From IMG/VR virus record IMGVR_UViG_3300037805_000894: DNA of 64,000 nucleotides. One strand, written 5' to 3'. The notes under the pieces are model-generated. The model was not told the origin of the DNA. It saw only the letters and a program-made list of their open reading frames with translations, and ran no database searches. Position 1 is the stretch's first letter. Every line of letters begins with the position of its first letter. The stretch comes from a virus. Below are positions 38,321 through 49,303 of this stretch, piece by piece. The translations under genes and the position numbers were made by a program.

Positions 38321-38755
38321 ATGAGAATTAAAAACATAACTAAAACCAAGATTTTATTAAACTTATCTAGAAAAGTTTGGCTTCGTTCAGGAGCAGAATT
38401 AACTATTAATTCAGCTCAGCTTCGTCGCTGTAAAATGTACCAAGATAGAGGTCTTATTAAGATCTTAGGTGCAGAAGGTGCAAAACTAATAGCAGTTGAT
38501 AGTAAAGCTATTAAAGAGGAGGTCGTGGAAGTACCTATCATAGAAGAACCTGTAGTAGAGAGAGAAGTAATAGAGGCGCCTCCAGTAGAAGAAGCTATTG
38601 AGATTGAACCGGCACTAGAAGAGTCTGTTTCGGACGAAGGGAATGACTTAGGAGAGAAAAGCTATAAAGAATTAAAAGAGATAGCCACTGAACTAGGCGT
38701 AGCAGGTAAAGGCAAGAAAGGTTTAATCGAAGCAATTAAGAATTACGAAGAATAA
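38321..38755 (+). CDS. protein with C-terminal Rho-N/HeH-like domain
   Basis: KSYKELKEIATELGV..KGKKGLIEAI. Confidence 0.6.
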   Translation: MRIKNITKTKILLNLSRKVWLRSGAELTINSAQLRRCKMYQDRGLIKILGAEGAKLIAVDSKAIKEEVVEVPIIEEPVVEREVIEAPPVEEAIEIEPALEESVSDEGNDLGEKSYKELKEIATELGVAGKGKKGLIEAIKNYEE

Positions 38756-41700
38756 TGAAACGAAGCGAATTTGTTCAATTCATGCGTCGTCATATGCAGG
38801 ATACTCCTGAAGCGAACGCCTTATTGTCGGGACATGAATTAACAGATGCTTCGATAGAAAGCTGTATAAGAATGGCAGAGATGGAGTATAATATGACTCC
38901 TCCTGTTATCACTGGCTTTACTATAGAAAATCATCCCGCAGTAGGTTTGTTAATCTATGGCACAATGATTGAAATGCTAATGTCAGCGGGTATCCTTAAT
39001 TCTAGGAATAGGTTAAATTATAATGCTGGCGGAGTTCAGGTAAACGTAAGTGATAAAGCTGGTGAATATAGTAATTGGATTAGTCTATTATTAAATAGGT
39101 ATAATCAATTAAAACTCCAACATAAGCAGGCTCTAAATATGAACAGAGCTTACGGTTCGGTAGGAAGCGAATATGGGAACGCCTTTAATTATGGTGATCT
39201 AACCACAGGCGTGGGTGTAGCACCTTGGCCAGGCGATAAACCAGGAAGCAGCGGAGGTACTGAACCAGCCCCAGAGGAGGGCGTAGAAACCTATCTACTA
39301 GCTAATGATACGTATGAGTGGTCTTTCTCAAAACAGCTAGGAGTAGACGGTGTAGGACCTTATTTACAGTTTGATCATGTTTTAAATAAAGAGACTGGTC
39401 ATAAAGTAGACATGTCAGCATCGCCCATATGGCAAATGGACTTAAAGTTGGATTTAACTGATAATGAAAATCCTACGACGTACGCCATACCTTTTTCTTT
39501 GCACGCTAGCGGTAATGGTGAATTAGTATATGCACCAGAGCCTCTAAAATTCACCGACGGACAAGATTACGTTTCTGTAGATAGTAGTGAACCAGGCAAG
39601 CTTGTTTTAAAATGGACCAAGTTTACATATGATTCTATAAAACAACCTAAGATATACGAAGGCGCTAAAGGTGGTTTATTTACGGTTGAGGTTTTGGTAG
39701 AATTAGAAAAAGGCGTATTGGAGATGTCAGTACGCACGGATATCACAGTGGACGAAGCGGGTTTGTCGTGTCCTACAGCATTACAAAGTATTAGATTCCC
39801 TTACCTAAGTATGCCTAACTTTAGTGGAAAGTCGCATGCCTATACTACCACTACTGGAGGAGAGCTTGTAATAGAGCCTGTAAGAGCTAATATTTTCGTA
39901 GGAGATACGGATATGAGTGATAGAACTGCTGGAGGCTCTGGTTTATATCCAGGAGATACAGCAACGACAATGCAGGCTTGGTTTGACGAGGATAATAAGT
40001 ACGGAGTGCTTGGTTATGACCTAGATCCGTACGATTCTGTTAGAAATATTATAAATACATCTGTTAAGGCAAACGATAATTGGTTTACTTATAATAGATT
40101 ATGGTGTCAATTGGAAGGGGATGATTTTAGACCTGTCCACAGAAGAAGAGGCGCGTACACTAGATCATGGAACACAGCTACTAATTTTTTCACTGATATA
40201 AATGGAAATCCTTACGGCTTTAAGCATAAATGTGTATTATTTGAAGGCGATGAAACGGAAGCGGCTTATATATTTAGAAAAGACTATATTGAAACCTTTA
40301 ATATTCCTACAGTATATGATAATCAAGATATTCCAGAGGACCATAAAGAGTCTCCTCTTTCTTTATGGTTAATAGATAATGCAATTGATAATAAAGCTGA
40401 AAACAGTACCCTGACGTACGGAACAGGCTGTGATATGTACGATGTTGTTTCCGGCTCAGTTAACTATTTTAGAGCTGAGTCTTTAGAGCTGCATGATCCT
40501 ATAGAGATAAATGTTTTATCTTTAACAACAAACGGCTGGATGACGCCGACCGCCGAGACCTATCCATGCGGAGCTTTTTTTGGCGCCAGTAACCAAGTTG
40601 GGTACCTTACAGAGGCAGAGAATATAGCTGAGGGCTACGAGAGACCTATGGTAGACAGAATGCGTAAAGGCATAGTACCTTTTCTACAGGGTCTTCACGA
40701 TGACGCCTCGTTAGGAGAGATTGCGGTGGCAGGCAACCAGGATACGGGACGTATTGTAGAGAATACTATATATAGCTCAACTAACTGGGGCGGCGCAGGC
40801 AACTCGCCTGTCCCCTTTCATTTTTCTGACGCCGCTAACGAGTACCCTAGACGTAATTTAAGCAGGATTAACGTTAATCATTCTATTTATGATTATAGCG
40901 GACTTGTCACTCATAAAAAAGACAATCAAAGCAGAGGATGTGCAGGATCTGCTTGGTTAGCTGATATGTATATTAGAGAAGCTAAAGTGATTATTGATGC
41001 TTTTGAAGGGACTGTAAATTATATTAAATTCACAGGTTCTTCTTCTCACCCAGTAAGGTGTATTGCTCCTTTATTAAAAGATACAGAGATAGGTACACCG
41101 AAAGTATGTGTAGGTGTTTTAAATAACGCGTCTATAGTAAAGAAGCAAACATCTTTATGGATAAATGATATAGAATTAAAAGCAGGTGTAGCCTGGGCTG
41201 CAGGGGCTACTGAACGAGCTACAGCGGAAAACATTAAAGAGGCTATAATAGAAGCAGGTTTCTATGCCTACACTGAAGATGTCCCCGCCATAGGCCAGAT
41301 TATTATTGAATTAGATTTGTATGACAAAGTAAAATTAACCTTACCTGCATTTACAGCAGATAGAACTTTACGCGCCCTGAATCTTAGTCACACGCCTTTA
41401 AAGGCTTTATATAATAGTAAATACCCTTCACAGAATATTTATTGCGAGAATGGGGTAGTCTTAACTTTCGACCACCCTATGTATGAAGCGCCGCCACTTG
41501 GTAGGCTTACCATTCATGGAGTAGAAAGCCCTCTACTTACACAGATAAATGCTCAACCAGATAAATGGAGAGAGTTTTCTTTCGGCTATGCCGATTTAGA
41601 ACCTTTAGACGAGACCATAACATGGCATACGGACAAGACAATAAATGCCAGTTCTTTTGTTAGTGCCATAAATACAGTAGATGCTGTATCCAGTACAGCA

Positions 41701-42984
41701 ATTATTGCTTCCGCAATCGATACTACTTCAGTAAAGCTACAATCTAATTTTCTTGCTCCTGATGGCTCTATCGAGAGGGGCTCAAAAACGCGCATATCTT
41801 TAAACGCTTTTTCAGACTATGTTTATGTAAGCGAGTTAGAGGCACTACCCGAAGGAAATATTGTAGCGGAAAATCATGTACACCCTACGGGATCTAGTTC
41901 ATATTTCCTAGAAAAAACAGGAGCGGCTATGAGGGAACTTCAAGCTTATGGTAAAAGTATAGCTAGCAATGGCTCTTTTTACTGCGGAACTGAGCGTAAT
42001 AATATGAAGGTGGGGCAATATGGGCAGGGAGAAAATGAACATCACAATATGCACCCTAATGCACTATTCCTACATAATTTTAGAATAGGCGCAGCGGAAA
42101 GTACTAAGCGAGAGAACTGGCTATCTCAGTATGTAATTCCTTACTCAACAAGAACTAATGTCTTACCGCATACACAGAAATCAGCTCCCCGAGCTTTCGG
42201 AACTATGGATACATGGTTTCGGGGAGCCTTAGTGAGGTTAGAGACAGAATTAGGTCAGCTGCCTCCTGAGCTGCAAAACGAAGACTCTATTGATAAGATG
42301 TCTCTCCAGTTCATGGCGTACGCGCAGCTATATTTTTTAATCTACGAAGCAGCTCCTCCGAGTGTCTTTCTATGCTGGGATGAGTATAATGATATATTAA
42401 GGGATAATACGATAACATATGAAGGACGCCTTATGGGAGACCCACGTTTTGACTCCTATCCGGGAAGCCCTTCGCTAGAGGCTAAAGGAGAACAGCTGCA
42501 GGCCTTTTTTAGAACACTAGTAGACATTTTCAAGGCCTACAGAAAAGAACTTCATACAAGCTTCACAATGAGCGGCAATCCTACTAAAGATTTCTGCACT
42601 TCCCCTAACGATTTTAACTACTGGTTTCAAGGACAAGACAATACTTATAGCCAGCGCTTAAGATCTTTGAGTGAATTAGGCCTTACTAATGTTATAGGCG
42701 CTTTTAGGAAGATAGAGGATGGCACCAATACTCTCACTGACAATGCAGGCTTGATCTTCGTAGGGAATTATTCTTTCGATGATAACCCAGAGGTAAATTT
42801 AAAGCTAGATTTAAAGCGATATTTACACATTACGGATGAAAACGCCTCCTTTAGTTTAACGGAGTATGATAAGGATAAAAATCAAATAGGTGAAAGTGAA
42901 ATTATCCAAGGGCTAGTTCCTTATATAAAGACTATATCAGTAGACTCCTTTGAGATAAGAATCTTTAAAGTACATAAAATTTAA
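38755..42984 (+). CDS. head-tail connector-like N-domain fused to a ~1240-aa appendage domain
   Basis: N-terminal ~140 aa with SRNRLNYNAGGVQVNVSDK, P/G linker, body paralogous to 43032..47204. Confidence 0.65.
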   Translation: MKRSEFVQFMRRHMQDTPEANALLSGHELTDASIESCIRMAEMEYNMTPPVITGFTIENHPAVGLLIYGTMIEMLMSAGILNSRNRLNYNAGGVQVNVSDKAGEYSNWISLLLNRYNQLKLQHKQALNMNRAYGSVGSEYGNAFNYGDLTTGVGVAPWPGDKPGSSGGTEPAPEEGVETYLLANDTYEWSFSKQLGVDGVGPYLQFDHVLNKETGHKVDMSASPIWQMDLKLDLTDNENPTTYAIPFSLHASGNGELVYAPEPLKFTDGQDYVSVDSSEPGKLVLKWTKFTYDSIKQPKIYEGAKGGLFTVEVLVELEKGVLEMSVRTDITVDEAGLSCPTALQSIRFPYLSMPNFSGKSHAYTTTTGGELVIEPVRANIFVGDTDMSDRTAGGSGLYPGDTATTMQAWFDEDNKYGVLGYDLDPYDSVRNIINTSVKANDNWFTYNRLWCQLEGDDFRPVHRRRGAYTRSWNTATNFFTDINGNPYGFKHKCVLFEGDETEAAYIFRKDYIETFNIPTVYDNQDIPEDHKESPLSLWLIDNAIDNKAENSTLTYGTGCDMYDVVSGSVNYFRAESLELHDPIEINVLSLTTNGWMTPTAETYPCGAFFGASNQVGYLTEAENIAEGYERPMVDRMRKGIVPFLQGLHDDASLGEIAVAGNQDTGRIVENTIYSSTNWGGAGNSPVPFHFSDAANEYPRRNLSRINVNHSIYDYSGLVTHKKDNQSRGCAGSAWLADMYIREAKVIIDAFEGTVNYIKFTGSSSHPVRCIAPLLKDTEIGTPKVCVGVLNNASIVKKQTSLWINDIELKAGVAWAAGATERATAENIKEAIIEAGFYAYTEDVPAIGQIIIELDLYDKVKLTLPAFTADRTLRALNLSHTPLKALYNSKYPSQNIYCENGVVLTFDHPMYEAPPLGRLTIHGVESPLLTQINAQPDKWREFSFGYADLEPLDETITWHTDKTINASSFVSAINTVDAVSSTAIIASAIDTTSVKLQSNFLAPDGSIERGSKTRISLNAFSDYVYVSELEALPEGNIVAENHVHPTGSSSYFLEKTGAAMRELQAYGKSIASNGSFYCGTERNNMKVGQYGQGENEHHNMHPNALFLHNFRIGAAESTKRENWLSQYVIPYSTRTNVLPHTQKSAPRAFGTMDTWFRGALVRLETELGQLPPELQNEDSIDKMSLQFMAYAQLYFLIYEAAPPSVFLCWDEYNDILRDNTITYEGRLMGDPRFDSYPGSPSLEAKGEQLQAFFRTLVDIFKAYRKELHTSFTMSGNPTKDFCTSPNDFNYWFQGQDNTYSQRLRSLSELGLTNVIGAFRKIEDGTNTLTDNAGLIFVGNYSFDDNPEVNLKLDLKRYLHITDENASFSLTEYDKDKNQIGESEIIQGLVPYIKTISVDSFEIRIFKVHKI

Positions 42985-43031
42985 GTGTAGTTAGTTGTTA
43001 AAACATAATAAAAGAATACAATTAGTTTATT

Positions 43032-46000
43032 ATGGATAAGACAGCATGGCTAGCTTTAATAAACACGTATATAGATAATGATGCTATATTGAAGGACCTT
43101 TTACAGGATAAAAACCCAAGCGACGATGCTATTGATGTCTGTATAAAGAAAGCTAAGAAAGCTTATATAATTTTAAATCCTCTTGTTGCTGGTAATAGCG
43201 AGGAGAACGCTGGTACAGGTTTAATAATATACAGAGCCCTTATAGAACTTTTACAGGTTGAGTCTTTTATTGAAAAAGACGAAGAGGATAGATTCATTAC
43301 AAGCACCTCGTTAGAAGAGCGAGCAAGTGCAGGATGGGTTGATACTTTAATCTATCGTTACTATAAGATGCAAGAACAGCATAGTAGACAAATAAACATT
43401 GTGGCTACAACAGGTCGCGTTGGTAGTGAATATGGATCATATTTGGATTTTAATAATAAGGCAGGCTTTTCTAGAAGTGCTACCCATACAGCCGTATCAT
43501 TAGGCACTATACATAGCGGAGGGGTGGATAAAAGTACACATATCTACATACTGAGTAACTCTAAATTCAAGTGGGTTTTTTCAAAACAAGCCGCAGCTCA
43601 TGGAATAGGTCCTTATCTCCAATTTGATTATATACTAAATAAAGAGACCGGACATGAGATAGACATGTCAGCATCGCCCATATGGCAAATGGACTTAAAG
43701 TTAAATCTAGCTTTAACTGCTATGGCTACTAAGATAGCTATCCCTTATTCAACTTATGAGGATCATACAGGTATTCTTACAGAAGCAGCAGCTCCTTTAA
43801 AATTTACAGACGGACAAGATTACGTTTCTATAGATGATAGTCAAAACGATAAGCTTATTTTAAAATGGACGGATTTTACATACGCTTCTATAGCTGATGC
43901 GGTTAATGCATACGACACTAAACCACCTGGAGGCCTCTTTACGGTTGAAGTAACAGTTGAAATAAACGATGACGCTCTAGATATGTCGCTAAAGAGTGAG
44001 ATTAATGTAGATGGCAACAACAAGGATTGTTTTTCTACTTTACAGAGTATCAGGTTTCCTTACTTGCAGGTGCCAGAGCTAGGCCCTTCCCCCAGAGCAT
44101 ATACAGCCTTCGCTGGTGGTGAGATTCTCCTGGATCCTATAGGAAATTTTATGTATCTTACTGACCCAGAGAGTACGGGTAGAAATAAAGCTGGTTCCCA
44201 GTTCCCAGGGGATCAGGCTGTATCTTTACAGTCATGGTATGATGACACGAATAAATTTGGCATCATGTTATATAATTTAGATCCTAAACACGCTTTAAAA
44301 AGGATAATAAGTACTAATGTAAAAGACTCACCTAAATGGATTATGTATGAGCGTTCTTTTTGTAATCTAGATGAGGAGGATTTTAGGACTGGAAGAAGAC
44401 GCAATTTATATACTAAATCCTTCGATACCGCTGTAAATTTTTACACAGATAGCACTGGCGCTACTTATGGGTTTAAACATAAATTACAACTCTTTGAAGG
44501 AGATGAAGTAGAATCATGCCTAATATATAGAACTAAAATATATAATGCTCTTTCTTTAGTAACTCCTTATAGTAATCCAGCAACACCTGATGCGAGCAAG
44601 GAGATACCTTTATCTGTTTGGATCATAGACGACCCAACTGATAACACTGAGGCAAATGAGGTTCTCTATGCTTCTTCAGATACTTTATACACAGTTTTAA
44701 ATAATGTGATTAACTATTACAGAGGAGGTTCGTTAGAGCTAACAGATCCTATAGAAGTAGCTCCCTTAACGTGTGCAGTAAGTCCCTGGTCAGTACCCAC
44801 CAATGAGTCTCTGCCAGCGGTGGCTTTTGTTGGTGCGACGGGTCAAATAGGATATGCCACAGAAGCAGAAAACCTAGCTAATGGGATCCCAAACCCTTTA
44901 TTGGATAGAGTAAGGAAAGGCTTAGTGCAATTTTTAAAAGACATGCACGCTGATACTACGTTAGGTCATATACACATAGTAAGCAACCAAGATACGGGAC
45001 GTATTGTAGAAAACACTGTAGTAAGTAAGGACATACTTGGCGATTCCACTCACCCCGATCCGTATAGACCCGCAAGATGGTCTAACGAATATCCATTAAG
45101 AACTTTAGATAATTTATATGTATATGCGTCGATTTATGATAAGAATGGCACTTTAACAAAAAAAGGTAATTCTCAGAGTAGTGTGTGTCCAGGTTCTCTG
45201 TGGATAGATGAATATATTAGAGAAGCTAAAGTAATTATCGATGTTTTTGAAGGCACTATGAACTATATAAAATTAACAGGAGCTAGTTCAGCATTAATAG
45301 ACTGCTTTGCTCCTGCTATAGAAGGTGTTTTTGCTAATGTAAGTAAAGTTGTTCTAGGTGTATTACATAATTATTGTCTTAAAGATGCTTTGACTAGTCT
45401 TCAAATAAAAGATACAATCTTAACCGCTGGAACAGAATGGTTTATTGGAACGACTGAAGGTGAAACAGCAGAAAGTTTAAAAGAGGCTGTGCTAAATGCT
45501 GGATATTTTGCATTTATTGATACCGCAACTATAGATGTACCACAAGTTATAATAGAGTTAGAGTATGGGGATATAGTAAAATTGACACTTCCCCCTTTAA
45601 CAATATCCGAAAATTACAGAGGTTTATTATTAAGCAATCAGATAAGTGAAACCAGTTATGGTCTAAGCAGCGACTATTTAAAACAAGCTGTATATTGTGA
45701 AAAAAACGTAACACTTACTTTTGATCATCCAGATGATATTCCTAGTCCAAGAGGTACTATGACTATAAATGGTATCCAAAGCGCTAATACATCTATATCC
45801 GATATTAATAATCAACCAGATAAATGGAGACCCTATAAGTTTAGTTATAAAACTGTAGATGGGTCTACACTAATATGGCAGGACACAAAGGCTTTAAACG
45901 CCATGCAGCTGGCTAACGAGCTTAATACATTAGATGTAGTATCAAGTACAGCTATACAGGCTTCTGCTAGCGGTGAAAAAGTTTTATTACAATCTAATTT

Positions 46001-47204
46001 TATTGATAATGCAGAAATAGTACATGGTTCTAAAACACGCATAGATATAGAATGTTTTGAAGATCGTGCATATATCAGTGAATTAGAGGCTCTTCCAGAG
46101 AAGAGAAGACCGCACCCTGGTACACATACTCATCCTATTGGATCTAGCTCTTTCTCAGGTGAAGCTATAAAAGCAGCTCAGACAGAGATACAACTATATG
46201 GACAAGCAGCGGCCCTAAATGGCAGTTTTTATTCAGGAACTGAGCGCAATAATATGCTTACCTCTATTTTTGGTCAAGGAGAGAATGAGCATCATAATAT
46301 GTATCCTATAGTAGATGCCGTACACTTTATAAGGTCTTTAGAGACGGACAGAGCACACTGGATAAATACGCTAGTAGTTCCTTATTCTTCTCGTTGTAAC
46401 ATATTGGCTCATGTACAGAAGGGCGCTCCTAGATCCTATGGGACTTTTTATGCTAGGTTTCTTACCGCATTAGTTAAATACACGAATGAAGTAGGAGTAG
46501 CGAATTTACCAACAGAATTAACGGATGATGCGGCCATGAAACGCATGACAGTTACTTACATGACTTATGCGCAGCTGTTCTTCCTTACCTTTGATGCAGC
46601 ACCTCCCACAGTATATCATTGCGCTGATACACTTAATGATGCTATAAAAGGACGTATATATGAAGGAAGGCTAGACGGAGATCCCGAATACGACGCTTAT
46701 CCAGGTTCATTAGGACTACATGCTGATGCTATATCTTTCCAAGCTTTTATAAGATTACTAGCTGAATACTACAAAGCTTATAGAGAAGAATTGCAAACGA
46801 GTTTTGATATAGGAGGAAATCCTTTAAAAGGTTTTATAACCACCCCCTATGAGTTGATTCAGTGGTTTGCTGTTAGAGATAACCATTATGGGTTTAATTT
46901 AAAAAGCGCTTCTGCTTTTGGTTTATCTAATATTCTGGGTAGTTTCCGTTTAAATGACAATAAAGAAGGTTTAATTATAGTAGGAAATTACTCTTTTATT
47001 GATAATCCGGACGTTAATATTAACATTAATTTTAAGAAGCACATGCAAGAGGATGATATAACATCAGCTTTTACTATTACAGAATATGATAAAGAAAAAG
47101 TGCAGGTTGGGTTAGGGGAGATACAAGACTGGACAGAGGAATACACAAAAAATATCTCATTGGATGCTTTATCAATTCGTATTTTTAAAGTAGTTAAAAT
47201 ATGA
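43032..47204 (+). CDS. tandem paralogue of 38755..42984
   Basis: shared GPYLQFD, DMSASPIWQMDLKL, LQSIRFPYL, NQDTGRIVENT, GTERNNM, GQGENEHHNM. Confidence 0.8.
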   Translation: MDKTAWLALINTYIDNDAILKDLLQDKNPSDDAIDVCIKKAKKAYIILNPLVAGNSEENAGTGLIIYRALIELLQVESFIEKDEEDRFITSTSLEERASAGWVDTLIYRYYKMQEQHSRQINIVATTGRVGSEYGSYLDFNNKAGFSRSATHTAVSLGTIHSGGVDKSTHIYILSNSKFKWVFSKQAAAHGIGPYLQFDYILNKETGHEIDMSASPIWQMDLKLNLALTAMATKIAIPYSTYEDHTGILTEAAAPLKFTDGQDYVSIDDSQNDKLILKWTDFTYASIADAVNAYDTKPPGGLFTVEVTVEINDDALDMSLKSEINVDGNNKDCFSTLQSIRFPYLQVPELGPSPRAYTAFAGGEILLDPIGNFMYLTDPESTGRNKAGSQFPGDQAVSLQSWYDDTNKFGIMLYNLDPKHALKRIISTNVKDSPKWIMYERSFCNLDEEDFRTGRRRNLYTKSFDTAVNFYTDSTGATYGFKHKLQLFEGDEVESCLIYRTKIYNALSLVTPYSNPATPDASKEIPLSVWIIDDPTDNTEANEVLYASSDTLYTVLNNVINYYRGGSLELTDPIEVAPLTCAVSPWSVPTNESLPAVAFVGATGQIGYATEAENLANGIPNPLLDRVRKGLVQFLKDMHADTTLGHIHIVSNQDTGRIVENTVVSKDILGDSTHPDPYRPARWSNEYPLRTLDNLYVYASIYDKNGTLTKKGNSQSSVCPGSLWIDEYIREAKVIIDVFEGTMNYIKLTGASSALIDCFAPAIEGVFANVSKVVLGVLHNYCLKDALTSLQIKDTILTAGTEWFIGTTEGETAESLKEAVLNAGYFAFIDTATIDVPQVIIELEYGDIVKLTLPPLTISENYRGLLLSNQISETSYGLSSDYLKQAVYCEKNVTLTFDHPDDIPSPRGTMTINGIQSANTSISDINNQPDKWRPYKFSYKTVDGSTLIWQDTKALNAMQLANELNTLDVVSSTAIQASASGEKVLLQSNFIDNAEIVHGSKTRIDIECFEDRAYISELEALPEKRRPHPGTHTHPIGSSSFSGEAIKAAQTEIQLYGQAAALNGSFYSGTERNNMLTSIFGQGENEHHNMYPIVDAVHFIRSLETDRAHWINTLVVPYSSRCNILAHVQKGAPRSYGTFYARFLTALVKYTNEVGVANLPTELTDDAAMKRMTVTYMTYAQLFFLTFDAAPPTVYHCADTLNDAIKGRIYEGRLDGDPEYDAYPGSLGLHADAISFQAFIRLLAEYYKAYREELQTSFDIGGNPLKGFITTPYELIQWFAVRDNHYGFNLKSASAFGLSNILGSFRLNDNKEGLIIVGNYSFIDNPDVNININFKKHMQEDDITSAFTITEYDKEKVQVGLGEIQDWTEEYTKNISLDALSIRIFKVVKI

Positions 47205-47308
47205 ACTTAAAGCAGTTTTTGCCTTATTACCACAACAAGGTAAAATTGTTATACAGATGACCGTTAAACATCTATAAATATTTAACCTAACGTTAACAAA
47301 ATAATACG

Positions 47309-47542
47309 ATGCACGAAAAGCTACAGAACTTTTTAGATTTACTTACTCCAGAGCAAATGGATAAATTTGCTACTGCATTAGAAGAAGTAGAGCGCGATAT
47401 GGCTTATACCCAAATAGCTATCGAAACAGACACATCGGTTGATACAGTGAAATCAGCCGAGCTACTTCAAGACTTAACAATGGAAGGCTTCTTTGACGGC
47501 CTTCAAGATATAGCTAACTCAGATATAGAGGAGCTTAACTAA
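47309..47542 (+). CDS. small acidic head-associated protein
   Basis: KFA, KSA motifs; MEGFFDGL resembles ALGFVDGL of 35346. Confidence 0.6.
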   Translation: MHEKLQNFLDLLTPEQMDKFATALEEVERDMAYTQIAIETDTSVDTVKSAELLQDLTMEGFFDGLQDIANSDIEELN

Positions 47543-49287
47543 TGGATTACGAACAACTACTTTCAGAACTCACAGAGCAGGAGACTATTCTTCTTGCTGA
47601 ACTAATTGAAAAAGAAGCTACGCTCTCAGAGCTTATATCTGTCATCTCCGAAGAAGAGACCATGAACCTTTTTACTATGTTTGAAAATGAAACTGGTAAA
47701 GAAGCAAGCTCTTACGAAGAGGTCTTTTCACAGTTAACAGAAGAAGATATAGACATAATTCAGGAAAGAATAGCCGGGCTTGGGGAGCGTCTAATTCAAA
47801 GTGGACAAGACGGCGGCGGCTCACAGGTGAGGGGGGCTGGCTACGGCGCGGCGATGGGGGCAGCCGCTGGCATTGCTGCAGGGGCGCAGCTAGCTTTAAC
47901 GCAGAAACAAGGAGGAGTCGGAGCTGAGGCCTCTAGACGTCTAAAGAAAGTAATCCCTAGCCTGCGAGGTAAAAGTAAAGGTAAAGTAGGTGCAGTTATG
48001 GCAGCAGGGGCAATAGGTGCTGGTCTCATAGGAGGCTTAGGTGTTGGAGCTCCTATAGGAGCAGCATTCGGCTCGGTGAGAGGACTCTTAGCCAACAAAA
48101 AGCAACATGCAGCTAACATGCAGTCGAAGCAGAAAAAAGAGAAGAAAGCAAAACCTTTGATGGCTAAAGAAGCTGGTCAACAAAATGCCGCAGCACTAGG
48201 GGCGTTGGTTCCTATTTTATCAGGCCTAGGAGCAGAAAAAGGAAAAGGTTGGGCAACAACAATAGGCGCCATGCTTGGTGGGGTAGGAGGCCACCTTGCT
48301 GGCAACACTCTTGCCTACGCTGCTGCCAGTCCAAGAGCACAGAAACCGATTCGTATGTTACTTGGTATGGCAGGCGGAGCCGGAGGAGCCGCTCTAGGGC
48401 ATGGAAAAGATAAGAAGAAAGAAAACGCAGAAGAAAAAGAGAAGAAAGCGGAAGCTTTGGTACCCTTTGTCACCGAAGCAGAATTCAGCGATCTAGTTGA
48501 TATCTTCGAGAATGAAAACCAGAAGAGCGCAGAGAATTTTACGGACGTGTTCTCTATGCTTTCCGAAGAAGACGCTAATGTAATAGGTGATAGAATTTAT
48601 CAATATATGGAGGAGGAAGAGACTCACTCTGAGAAAATAGCGGAGCAATTAAACCCCCTTGCAGATTCCTTAACGGAAGAAATTTATGCAGAGATGCAGA
48701 AAGATGCGGGTTTTAAAGATACTCTAGTCGCAGGTTCACAAAAAGCGTTAAGTCATGTAGGTAGAAATGCAGGTGTTTATGGCTTAGGTGCTTTAGCAGG
48801 GTCTGGTTTCTGGAACCAACATCGCTTGAATAAAAAATCACGTAAAGTGCAAGAAAACCTCGCGCAAATGATAGCCGCAGAAACTACAGCAGATATTGCA
48901 ACAGATCAGGTTTTTGATAAGCGTGATCGTTTTATTATAGGCCGGCAGCAGAGGACAATGGGACAAGTTCAGGAAAACAGAGCCGCCGTCATAACCTTAG
49001 CAAATCTGTTGAAGAAGCAAGGCGTTACACCGGAAAAAGTAAAGAATGCTTCTATGGAAAAAGAGGCTTTTGGTGGTCTCGCCGCTAAAGCAATGAAAGG
49101 CCTCGGTAAAGCTAAAAAAGCTGTTACTTCAGCAGGCCAAGGTTCAGTGAAGACTTGGAAAGAAGCTACGCAAAAGGGTACTGTCACAGGTTATGCTAAA
49201 GCCTCTCGCACTCTCGCTCGCAAGCGTATAGCTAAAGGAGCTGGCTTTATGGCAGGAGGAGCAGCCGTTAAGACAGCTGTTAGTTAA
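47542..49287 (+). CDS. putative internal/ejection polyprotein
   Basis: alternating acidic blocks and Gly/Ala-rich hydrophobic blocks separated by KxA. Confidence 0.65.
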   Translation: MDYEQLLSELTEQETILLAELIEKEATLSELISVISEEETMNLFTMFENETGKEASSYEEVFSQLTEEDIDIIQERIAGLGERLIQSGQDGGGSQVRGAGYGAAMGAAAGIAAGAQLALTQKQGGVGAEASRRLKKVIPSLRGKSKGKVGAVMAAGAIGAGLIGGLGVGAPIGAAFGSVRGLLANKKQHAANMQSKQKKEKKAKPLMAKEAGQQNAAALGALVPILSGLGAEKGKGWATTIGAMLGGVGGHLAGNTLAYAAASPRAQKPIRMLLGMAGGAGGAALGHGKDKKKENAEEKEKKAEALVPFVTEAEFSDLVDIFENENQKSAENFTDVFSMLSEEDANVIGDRIYQYMEEEETHSEKIAEQLNPLADSLTEEIYAEMQKDAGFKDTLVAGSQKALSHVGRNAGVYGLGALAGSGFWNQHRLNKKSRKVQENLAQMIAAETTADIATDQVFDKRDRFIIGRQQRTMGQVQENRAAVITLANLLKKQGVTPEKVKNASMEKEAFGGLAAKAMKGLGKAKKAVTSAGQGSVKTWKEATQKGTVTGYAKASRTLARKRIAKGAGFMAGGAAVKTAVS

Positions 49288-49303
49288 TGAGGAGAAAAAT
49301 TGC

